Source: an uncultured SAR86 cluster bacterium (GTDB lineage: Bacteria > Pseudomonadota > Gammaproteobacteria > Magnimaribacterales > AG-339-G14). From it: DNA of 64,000 nt. Positions 47,907 to 56,290 of the stretch are shown one piece after another. Position numbers and translations under genes: made by a program. A model generated the notes under the pieces. It was given only the letters and a program-made list of their open reading frames with translations, did no database searches and was not told where the DNA came from. The stretch spans positions 496 through 64,495 of the forward strand of contig CACOBG010000006.1 of the NCBI GenBank assembly GCA_902625415.1. Direction: 5' to 3'. The number at the start of each line of letters is the position of its first letter. Within the stretch, counting starts at the first letter, position 1.

Positions 47907-48936
47907 TTACTTTAATAAGTTGCTTTCCGAAATTCTTACCGCTTAATACATCTCTTAACCCCTGCGGAGCATTCTCGATGCCTTCTAAGACAGTTTCCTT
48001 GTATTTTATTTTACCTTGACGCATCCACTCGGCTAACTCACGTGTTGCCTCATCCCACTTTTCATTAAATTCAGTGACAACAAAAAATCTATGCTCAGGT
48101 GCTGGATCCAAATTCCCAAAGACATCAAAGGGAGTTTCTGGCAACTCGCTGCTTTCTGAGATATTTGAATTAAAGTAATTATAGGCTGAGATAAAGCCAC
48201 AAATTGGAACTCTCGCTCCGGGATTGAGAAGTTCAGCAACTGTTTTTGAAACTTCTCCACCAACGTTTTCAAAATAGATATCTATCCCATCTGAACAAGC
48301 CTCAGACAAGTCATCTCTAAATGTTTTTGATTTATAGTCAACGGCATAATCCAATCCCATTACATCCTTTACAAAATCACATTTTTTCTTTCCGCCTGCG
48401 ATACCTATAGTTTTACAACCAATAAGTTTCGCCATTTGACCAACGACAGAACCCACTGCTCCAGAGGCTGCAGATACAACCACAGTATCACTTTCTTTTA
48501 CCTTTCCTACTTCTTTAAGCCCAAAATAAGCTGTTCTTCCTGGCATGCCTGCCGGTCCTAAAAAAGATTGTATTGGGGCCAAGTCAGGATAAATTCTCAT
48601 TAATGCAGGATTATCATCATTACATCTAATGAAAGACTGCCAACCCAAGTGAGCTGCGACGTAATCTCCAATTTGGAATTTCTCAGACCTAGATTGAATT
48701 ACTTGCCCAACACTTTCACCAGTCATCACTTCTCCTATTGCAACAGGCTCGGTATAAGATTTCATATCATTCATTCTGCCTCGCATGTATGGATCAATAG
48801 AGAGATACATCACTTTAATTAAAATTTGATCCTCATCAAGATCATTTATAGAAGCCTCTTCTAATTTCCAACATTCATCATCCGGCATACCTTCAGGTCT
48901 TTTTGCTAATACCCATCTCTTATTAATTTTTTCCAT
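47899..48936 (-). CDS. NADP-dependent alkenal/double-bond oxidoreductase (CurA/YncB, prostaglandin-reductase family)
   Basis: LAKRPEG.P, LSIDPYMRGRM, GMPGRTAY.G, VSAASGAVGS, YFENVGG, NFGKQ. Confidence 0.92.
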   Translation of the reverse strand: MEKINKRWVLAKRPEGMPDDECWKLEEASINDLDEDQILIKVMYLSIDPYMRGRMNDMKSYTEPVAIGEVMTGESVGQVIQSRSEKFQIGDYVAAHLGWQSFIRCNDDNPALMRIYPDLAPIQSFLGPAGMPGRTAYFGLKEVGKVKESDTVVVSAASGAVGSVVGQMAKLIGCKTIGIAGGKKKCDFVKDVMGLDYAVDYKSKTFRDDLSEACSDGIDIYFENVGGEVSKTVAELLNPGARVPICGFISAYNYFNSNISESSELPETPFDVFGNLDPAPEHRFFVVTEFNEKWDEATRELAEWMRQGKIKYKETVLEGIENAPQGLRDVLSGKNFGKQLIKVSD

Positions 48937-48941
48937 TTTCC

Positions 48942-49163
48942 TTATTCTCCTTTTTTTACTTTAAATGTAATGATTCCATCTTCTTCGGAAAAAGAAATCA
49001 ACGAATGATTAAGATATTCACAGAACTTTTTAACATCTTTAATTGCAGTAGGATCTGTGGCTATGAGAGTCACTTCGTCACCTTTTTTAGCTTCATGAAT
49101 AGATTGATGAAGAAGCATTATTGGCTCAGGACATTTAAGACCTTTGGCATCTATTTCAATCAT
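48942..49163 (-). CDS. tusA: Sulfurtransferase TusA
   Basis: IDAKGLKCPEPIM, IATDPTA..DV..FC. Confidence 0.93.
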   Translation of the reverse strand: MIEIDAKGLKCPEPIMLLHQSIHEAKKGDEVTLIATDPTAIKDVKKFCEYLNHSLISFSEEDGIITFKVKKGE

Positions 49164-50573
49164 TCAAGAATTTAAGATAAATCTATTTCTACCTCTTCCA
49201 GTAGTATAATTAACTCTTGCAATAACAAAAGCTGCCGAAACAAAAAGACCAACGGTCAAACCGATCCACATACCTGGTGCTCCAATAGGATCGGAAAAGA
49301 AGTCAGTCATTGACAAGGTATATCCAATTGGCATTCCAATAATCCAATAAGCGATAAACATAAAAAAGAATAAAATCTGAGTATCTTTAAAACCTCTCAA
49401 AGCACCAACCCCAGCAAAGTTAAGCCCATCTGCAATTTGGAACATAGCCGCAATAATTAATAATGTAGCTGCTAAATTCACAATTTCGACATCTGGATTG
49501 AAAAAACTAGCAAGGTAATTGCCAAACTCTATGAGAACGAAGGTATTAATAATTGCCAAAAACAAAGCAAAAAACATAGCAAAAAAAGAAGAATATCTTG
49601 CTCTATCTAATGAGTTTGAACCCACTAAATTTCCAACTCTCACATTGGCTGCTAAGCCTATTGATAGTGGCAACATGAAAGTTAAAGTAGTTACTTGCAT
49701 GGCAATTGCATGAGCAGAAATAACATTTTCGCCAAGCCTACTTAAAATCAAACCAGCTCCACTAAAAACAGCTATTTCTATGAATAAGGTACCTCCAATT
49801 GGTATTCCAAGCTTTATGATTTCAGAAATTTTTTGTGGATTAGGAGGTTCGAAACTCTCAAAAAAGCTAATCTCTTTAAAAAACTTTGAAAAATAAATGT
49901 ATCCAAGAATGATTAGAAGAGAAGACCACGAAGAAATTAAAAATGCTATTCCACAGCCTTTACCGCCCAATTCAGGGAAGCCAAATTTACCAAAAATCAA
50001 AACATAATTCACCAGAGCATTTATTAAGACCATCACAACATTTATATAAGTAATGGGAAGTGGTTTTTTCATACCCTCACACATAGATCTCAAGGGTTGA
50101 AATAAAAACATTGCCGGAGCACCAATCATCAACCCAAATAAATAATCCTTCGTAATGATCTTTACTTCTTCGGGAGTGCCTAGAATATTAAGAAGTGAAT
50201 CAGCATTTAAAGTGTAGACAACAAATAGAAGAATCAAGGGGATTGCGAGCCAATAAGATTGCTTTACGATGGGCCCAATTTGTGTGATTTGTTTTGCGCC
50301 ATAAAATTGAGCAACAAAAGAAGTAACGATAAATAATACTCCTGCGATCCCAAAATAAGCTGGCCAAAAAAGCATATTACCTATGGCAACTGCAGCCTGA
50401 TCAACAGTGTTGTAATTACCAGTCATTAAAGCAGAAATTATTCCAGTAGCGTGAGCTGCTAATTGAGTCAAAAGCATTGGAGTAGCCAATTTAAAATATT
50501 CCTTGGCTTCTTCTGAAGCCATTGAATTTTTTATAACGCTTTCTTCTGTAGAAGTGTTGAGGGTTTCTTTCAT
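49164..50573 (-). CDS. MATE family efflux transporter (NorM-like)
   Basis: Two MATE repeats: LG.PIG.....E...F, FMLPLSIG.AA.VRVG, FQIADG......GALRG.KDT. Confidence 0.93.
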   Translation of the reverse strand: MKETLNTSTEESVIKNSMASEEAKEYFKLATPMLLTQLAAHATGIISALMTGNYNTVDQAAVAIGNMLFWPAYFGIAGVLFIVTSFVAQFYGAKQITQIGPIVKQSYWLAIPLILLFVVYTLNADSLLNILGTPEEVKIITKDYLFGLMIGAPAMFLFQPLRSMCEGMKKPLPITYINVVMVLINALVNYVLIFGKFGFPELGGKGCGIAFLISSWSSLLIILGYIYFSKFFKEISFFESFEPPNPQKISEIIKLGIPIGGTLFIEIAVFSGAGLILSRLGENVISAHAIAMQVTTLTFMLPLSIGLAANVRVGNLVGSNSLDRARYSSFFAMFFALFLAIINTFVLIEFGNYLASFFNPDVEIVNLAATLLIIAAMFQIADGLNFAGVGALRGFKDTQILFFFMFIAYWIIGMPIGYTLSMTDFFSDPIGAPGMWIGLTVGLFVSAAFVIARVNYTTGRGRNRFILNS

Positions 50574-50619
50574 AGAATCGCTGTATCATACATGATGTAA
50601 AAATATCTGGAGATTAAAA

Positions 50620-51342
50620 ATTAGAAAAGACAACAGACCTTTTTGGCTTAAAAGAATTCATTGGTGGTTTGATCAACAATATATAAAAAAAATTATCACT
50701 CCTCAATTTGATCACCTGGGAACCAGTCCTCTTATTTTGGGTGTCAAGTATCTTCATGTATCTGGTAAAAACATATCGGTTGGAGATTTTGCAACTTTTA
50801 TAACATCCCCAGATGCTCATGTTCACATTACTACATGGAATGCAGACAAACACGATGGAAAAATAGAAGCAGGCAAGTTTTGTTTATTTAGTCCAGGAGT
50901 AAGAATTTCTGCAGCTACATCAATAAAAATTGGAGATTCATGTATGTTTGCCAATGGGGCATACATTTCTGACTCTGACTGGCATGGTATTTATGATAGA
51001 GCTTTGCCTGTTGGCAAGTCTTTAGAAGTAGTTTTAGAAGACAACGTTTGGATAGGAGATAGTGCAATTGTTAACAAAGGGGTGAGAATTGGAAAAAATA
51101 GCATTGTTGGTGCTGGATCGGTAGTAGTTAAAGATGTTCCTCCAAATGTAGTAGTTGCCGGCAATCCGGCTCAAGTAGTAAAAGAATTAGATGAGAATGA
51201 AAAAATGATTTCCAGGGCAGATATGTTTTCTTCCCCTAAAGAATTAGATGATTTATATCTCAAAATCGATCAAATCAGTCTTAAAAATAATTCTTTTTTT
51301 GGTTGGATAAAAAGTAAGTTGCTGCCTAACAAAAACAATTGA
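50620..51342 (+). CDS. Hexapeptide-repeat (left-handed beta-helix) acyltransferase; frame is open well upstream of the ORF-track TTG start, probable ATT start at 50620
   Basis: [53 protein letters not shown]. No in-frame stop from 50596. GGAG at 50609-50612 lies 7 nt before ATT-AGA-AAA-GAC. Confidence 0.85.
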   Translation: MRKDNRPFWLKRIHWWFDQQYIKKIITPQFDHLGTSPLILGVKYLHVSGKNISVGDFATFITSPDAHVHITTWNADKHDGKIEAGKFCLFSPGVRISAATSIKIGDSCMFANGAYISDSDWHGIYDRALPVGKSLEVVLEDNVWIGDSAIVNKGVRIGKNSIVGAGSVVVKDVPPNVVVAGNPAQVVKELDENEKMISRADMFSSPKELDDLYLKIDQISLKNNSFFGWIKSKLLPNKNN

Positions 51343-52445
51343 TGAATATTATCATTAATAAAGACTTGCAAGAGTTAACTAAAACATTTGAAAGTAATTC
51401 AAAATTCAATGTTCGAAGCCTTGCGTCAAATGAAATCACAAATCAAACTATCAAAGATTCCGACGCTGTCTTTTTGAGATCTACAACGAAAATTAATGAA
51501 GAATTGTTAGAAAACACAAATGTAAAATTTGTTGCTTCTTTAACTTCAGGAGAAGATCACATAGCTCAAGATTACTTTGAAAACTCAAATATTCATCTTT
51601 CTACAGGAAAGGGTGGAAATGCATTAGCTGTCATTGAATATTTATTAAGTGTTTTATCCGTCTTGATTATTGGCAATAAAATTAAGCCCTTTAAGACAAA
51701 GTTTGGCATTATTGGCTATGGCAATATTGGTAAAAGATTCAAAAATATTTTGGATGCAATTAATTTTCCTTGTTGTATTTACGATCCATATTTTCCCGAA
51801 GTATCCTCTAGCTTTGATGAGGTTTTATCCTCAGAAGTAATTTCCTTAAACTGTTCTTATTCAAAAACTGGGAAATTTCCTTCTCATAATCTCTTGGATA
51901 TGAATTTTCTGAATGAAATGAGAGATGACCAATTTTTAATTAATTCTTCAAGGGGCGAAGTTTTAAGTGATGAGTACTACTTATCAAAAAAATCGGATAA
52001 TTTTGTTTTTGATGTATGGCCTAACGAACTCAATCTTAACCTAACAAAGTTTAAAAAGCCTTATATCGCGACTCCCCATATTGCTGGAAAAACAATGAGT
52101 GCAGAAAATAAATTCAATGAAAAAGCTTTAAATGAATTTAATAATTTCTTCGATGAAAATATAGAGGCAATAGAACCAAAGAAATTCATAGATTTTACAA
52201 TAGATAATTCCATAGAAGAGGAAATGGATGTCTTTGGAATTCCGCCTTCTATTTTTTTAAAAATTTACGATGTTAAAAGAGATGACTTCGCCTTTAAAAG
52301 TTTTTTCAAAACAAAACAAGATCCAAGGGATTTTCAGGAGTTAAGAACTTCACTCAAAAGGCTAGGTTTCAATAATCATAAAATAGTTGGTGACTTGGGT
52401 ACTGCAGTCAAAACAAAATTAGAGCTTTTTGGATTCAGACTTTAA
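51339..52445 (+). CDS. pdxB: 4-phosphoerythronate dehydrogenase (D-2-hydroxyacid dehydrogenase family)
   Basis: LRSTT.IN..LL, SLTSG.DH, GNALAV.EY, GYGNIG, INSSRG, DVW, TPHIAG. Near MATE/tusA as in pseudomonads. Confidence 0.8.
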   Translation: MMNIIINKDLQELTKTFESNSKFNVRSLASNEITNQTIKDSDAVFLRSTTKINEELLENTNVKFVASLTSGEDHIAQDYFENSNIHLSTGKGGNALAVIEYLLSVLSVLIIGNKIKPFKTKFGIIGYGNIGKRFKNILDAINFPCCIYDPYFPEVSSSFDEVLSSEVISLNCSYSKTGKFPSHNLLDMNFLNEMRDDQFLINSSRGEVLSDEYYLSKKSDNFVFDVWPNELNLNLTKFKKPYIATPHIAGKTMSAENKFNEKALNEFNNFFDENIEAIEPKKFIDFTIDNSIEEEMDVFGIPPSIFLKIYDVKRDDFAFKSFFKTKQDPRDFQELRTSLKRLGFNNHKIVGDLGTAVKTKLELFGFRL

Positions 52446-52477
52446 GAAAGGCATGAAATGTCTAGTATAATAAATCT

Positions 52478-53389
52478 ATGATTAACCCAAATACTCTTCT
52501 TTCTGAAGAAGAAATAGCCATTTTAAGAGATTCTAAGGATTGGAGAAATTATTTAGCTATTTTTAGTATTTGGACTCAAATTGCTCTTGGTTTTCTTATT
52601 TTTTCTTTTTCACCAAGTATCTTAACCTTCCTGGTTGCCGCTCTTATTATTGGAACTAGGCAATTTGCCTTGGTAGTAATGATGCACGATGGTGCACATA
52701 ATTTGATTTCAAAAAATAAAAGGATTAACGATTTTATTTCTCAGTGGCTTTGCGCCTATCCGATGATGACAGAGACTAAGAGTTATAGAAAATTTCACTT
52801 AAAACACCACAAACATGCAGAAACTGATTTAGATCCTGATAAAAGTCTGACCGATCCTTTTCCAGTCTCAAAAAAAAGTTTTTCTCGAAAAGTATTAAGA
52901 GATTTAACTGGCATATCTGGTTTGAGGCGCTATTTTGGATATATGTATTCAGCATGGGGCGTAAAAGAAAATACTTTTTTTGGACACCTAAAACATTTTG
53001 TTTCTTCACTTTATGGTTTTTTAATTTGTCAGCTATTAATTTTTACGACATTAGCTTTTTTTAACGTGCCATGGCTGTATTTACTTTTGTGGTGGATACC
53101 TAAATTGACAATTTTCAGTTTATTTTACAGACTGAGAAGCATCTCAGAGCACGCTTGTACATCTGGACGAGATGACTTTACTCATACCAGAACAACTTTA
53201 TCTTCAAATTTTGTAAGATATTTCATTGCACCTCTGAATGTAAATTACCATCTTGAGCATCATTTATTTATGTTTTGTCCATGGTATAACCTTCCTAAAG
53301 CTCACGAAATGCTGAAAGAGAAAGACTTCTACAATGATTTAGAAATTGAAAACGGTTACTTCAACGTTTTTAAAAAAGTAATTATCTAG
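52478..53389 (+). CDS. Membrane fatty-acid-desaturase-family diiron protein
   Basis: His boxes MHDGAH, HLKHHKH and HLEHH; RSISEH; several TM segments. Confidence 0.88.
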   Translation: MINPNTLLSEEEIAILRDSKDWRNYLAIFSIWTQIALGFLIFSFSPSILTFLVAALIIGTRQFALVVMMHDGAHNLISKNKRINDFISQWLCAYPMMTETKSYRKFHLKHHKHAETDLDPDKSLTDPFPVSKKSFSRKVLRDLTGISGLRRYFGYMYSAWGVKENTFFGHLKHFVSSLYGFLICQLLIFTTLAFFNVPWLYLLLWWIPKLTIFSLFYRLRSISEHACTSGRDDFTHTRTTLSSNFVRYFIAPLNVNYHLEHHLFMFCPWYNLPKAHEMLKEKDFYNDLEIENGYFNVFKKVII

Positions 53390-53390
53390 A

Positions 53391-53774
53391 ATGAATAAAG
53401 AAGATCTCAAAGGTAAGATTTCTAAAGCATCTTACATAGTCACACAAGAGCATGGAACTGAAGCACCTTTTTCTGGTGAACTCTTGGATACAAAAGAAGA
53501 AGGTATTTTTACTTGCGTTTGTTGTGGTAATGAGCTTTTTTCCTCCGATACAAAATATGATTCCGGAACGGGATGGCCAAGCTTTTGGGATGTTCTTAAT
53601 GAAAATTCTGTTGGTGAAGAAATTGATAAAAGTCATGGGATGATTCGAACAGAAGTGCATTGCCAAAAGTGCGGTGCTCATTTAGGACATTTGTTTCCTG
53701 ATGGGCCAATCCCCACAGGAAAAAGGTATTGTATGAATTCTGTTGCAATGCAGTTTAAAAAATCTGATAAATAA
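53391..53774 (+). CDS. msrB: Methionine-R-sulfoxide reductase
   Basis: GTEAPFSG, CVCC...LF....KYDSG.GWPSF, RTEV.C..C.AHLGH.FPDGP..TG.RYCMNS. Confidence 0.98.
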   Translation: MNKEDLKGKISKASYIVTQEHGTEAPFSGELLDTKEEGIFTCVCCGNELFSSDTKYDSGTGWPSFWDVLNENSVGEEIDKSHGMIRTEVHCQKCGAHLGHLFPDGPIPTGKRYCMNSVAMQFKKSDK

Positions 53775-53776
53775 AG

Positions 53777-55333
53777 TTGGATTCCTCACAAAGTCAAAAG
53801 ACTAAAACTTCCTTTAAGACTTTAGTTGTTTCATTTTGGACTTTTATTTCGAGAATATTTGGAGTTTTAAGAGATATAGCAACCACATACATTTTAGGTG
53901 CTGGAGTTGCTCACGATGTATTTGTGGTTATGCTAAAAATACCCAACTTATTCAGAAGGCTAGTTGCTGAAGGCGCTTTTAGCCAAGCTTTCATTCCTGT
54001 CTTTACAGAATACAAGAATAATCAATCTAGAGAAGAGCTAAAGAAGCTAATAGATTTAACTTTTACTGCAATTTCGTCATTGGTCTTATTCCTCTGTATT
54101 TTGTTCATGATTTTTGCTCCAATCGTGGTTTTTATTTTTGCTCCAGGATTTTATTTTGATCCGGCAAAAAAAATTCTTGCAATAGAAATCTTGAGAATTA
54201 CTTTTCCTTACTTATTTTTTGTATCTTTGGTTGCTTTTTTTGGAGCTATACTGAATTCTTTTAGCTTCTTTTCCATCCCCGCTGCAACTCCTATCGCTTT
54301 TAATTTAAGCATTATTATTGGAGCAATATTTTTTACAGATTACTTTCAACTTCCGGTTTTGGCTATTGCTTGGGGAGTGTTTGCTGCGGGACTCATTCAA
54401 TTTTTTATAAATATAATTCCCATCCTTAAACTCAAGCTGTTTCCAAAATTGAAACTGGATTTTAATCACCCTGGATTAAAAAAAATTTCAATATTGATGC
54501 TTCCAGGCATTTTAAGTGGTGGAATAATTCAAATTAATATCCTTATAGATACAATTTTTGCATCCCTACTTAAAACCGGAAGTCCAACTTGGCTATATCT
54601 TTCAGATAGATTAATTCAATTACCTTTAGGAATTTTTGCTATTGCTGCAGCTACAGTCATTTTGCCCGCTTTATCAAATGCTGCTGCTCTAAAAAATGAT
54701 TTGGAATTCAATGAAAAATTTAATTGGGCTTTAAAATTCATATTTATTGTAGGTATTCCGTCATCAGTTGGGCTTTATTTTTTAAGCTTGGAAATCATTA
54801 GCATTTTATTCTTGCGAGGTGAGTTCTCAACTTCAGATGCTCTCATGACAAGTTATAGTCTAAGAGCATTTTGTTTTGGGTTAATTGCATTTATGGCTAT
54901 AAAAATTCTTAATGTGGGTTTTTTTGCAAGACAAGATCCCAAAACTCCAATGTATGTTGCTCTGGTATCCTTGATCCTTAATGTATTTTTTAATTGGCTT
55001 TTTGCTTTTAAGTTTGGTTATGGTCATGTTGGTTTAGCAATTGGAAGTGTTATAGCTGCGATAGTTAGCTTTTTTATTTTGAGTTTTATACTTATAAAAC
55101 GATCAATATTAACTCTAGAAGGAGATTCAGTGATTTTTCTTATGAAAATTATTATCAGTTCTTTAGGTCTATTTCTTGGACTTCTTGGCTTTCAAACATT
55201 ATTTCCTAACTTTTCTGACTGGAGTTTGGTAGTTCAAATTTTTAATTTAATCTCCATCATTTTCTTTGGAGCATTTATATATTTTGGTTTAATGTTTGTA
55301 CTCGGCTTAAGGATGAGTTTTTTTAAAAATTAA
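53777..55333 (+). CDS. murJ: Lipid II flippase MurJ (TTG start)
   Basis: SRIFGVLRD, IPNLFRRL.AEGAFSQAF.P, RITFPYL, DRLIQLP.G.F, FFARQD.KTP. Confidence 0.97.
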   Translation: MDSSQSQKTKTSFKTLVVSFWTFISRIFGVLRDIATTYILGAGVAHDVFVVMLKIPNLFRRLVAEGAFSQAFIPVFTEYKNNQSREELKKLIDLTFTAISSLVLFLCILFMIFAPIVVFIFAPGFYFDPAKKILAIEILRITFPYLFFVSLVAFFGAILNSFSFFSIPAATPIAFNLSIIIGAIFFTDYFQLPVLAIAWGVFAAGLIQFFINIIPILKLKLFPKLKLDFNHPGLKKISILMLPGILSGGIIQINILIDTIFASLLKTGSPTWLYLSDRLIQLPLGIFAIAAATVILPALSNAAALKNDLEFNEKFNWALKFIFIVGIPSSVGLYFLSLEIISILFLRGEFSTSDALMTSYSLRAFCFGLIAFMAIKILNVGFFARQDPKTPMYVALVSLILNVFFNWLFAFKFGYGHVGLAIGSVIAAIVSFFILSFILIKRSILTLEGDSVIFLMKIIISSLGLFLGLLGFQTLFPNFSDWSLVVQIFNLISIIFFGAFIYFGLMFVLGLRMSFFKN

Positions 55334-56290
55334 ATGTATTTGATAAGAGGATTAAAAAACTTATCGCTATTCAATGAGAGATTTAGCGAAGAACAACTTG
55401 TAGTCACTATTGGGAACTTTGATGGCCTCCATCAAGGTCATAAAAAAATTATTCAGGAAATGAAAAATATTTCTCAAAATTCTAGTGCTAAAACAATGGT
55501 GATATTTACTGAACCTCATGCAGAGGAGTTCTTTTCTATGGATAAAGACATCATGGAGCAGCCTGCGAGAATCTCCCCTTGGCGTGATAAGTTAAAAAAT
55601 TTGGAAAATGAAAATATCGATTTTGCCTTTTTCTTAAAATTTAATAAGTCTCTTCAAACAATGAGTCCAGAAATATTCATTGAGAAAGTTTTGGGATCAT
55701 TAAATATTAGCAATTTAATGATAGGGGATGATTTCAGATTTGGACAGGATAGAAAAGGGGACTTTTTAATGCTTAAAGATTGGAGTAAAAGTCAGGGTAT
55801 TTCATTATCAAAATTACCTACATTTTCAATTGATAACCGTCGTGTTAGTAGTACTTGGATTAGGGAGACACTATCTTTGAGCGATTTTTCTACAGCAAAG
55901 AAATTATTGGGCAGACCTTACTCATTTGAGGGTAAAGTTGTTCATGGAAACAGATTGGGGAGATCAATAGGGTTCCCAACCGCAAATATATGGCTTCCGA
56001 AAAATAATTTGCCTATAAAAGGAGTGTTCTCTGTAAAGATTTCAATAGATATGTCAGAATTTGATGGTATTGCCAATATTGGAATCAGACCTACGGTTGG
56101 AGGCACCTCTCCAGTACTAGAAGTAAATATTTTTGATTTTAAAAAAGAAATATATGGGAAGCGTATAAAAGTAGAATTCGTTAAGAAAATAAGAGATGAA
56201 AAAAAGTTCGATAGCCTTGATGATCTAAAAAAACAAATTGCAAAAGACGTAAATACTGCCAAAGAACAATTACTTGATGAAAAAAATTAA
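55334..56290 (+). CDS. ribF: Bifunctional riboflavin kinase / FAD synthetase
   Basis: IGNFDGLHQGH, GDDFRFG, VSSTWIR, GRSIGFPTAN, NIGIRPT, LEV.IFDF, IRDEKKF. Confidence 0.98.
   Translation: MYLIRGLKNLSLFNERFSEEQLVVTIGNFDGLHQGHKKIIQEMKNISQNSSAKTMVIFTEPHAEEFFSMDKDIMEQPARISPWRDKLKNLENENIDFAFFLKFNKSLQTMSPEIFIEKVLGSLNISNLMIGDDFRFGQDRKGDFLMLKDWSKSQGISLSKLPTFSIDNRRVSSTWIRETLSLSDFSTAKKLLGRPYSFEGKVVHGNRLGRSIGFPTANIWLPKNNLPIKGVFSVKISIDMSEFDGIANIGIRPTVGGTSPVLEVNIFDFKKEIYGKRIKVEFVKKIRDEKKFDSLDDLKKQIAKDVNTAKEQLLDEKN

Noticed and set aside
50581-50596. CTGTATCATACATGAT as a second SOS box
   Set aside because: Only one half-site matches; it ends in GAT rather than CAG.
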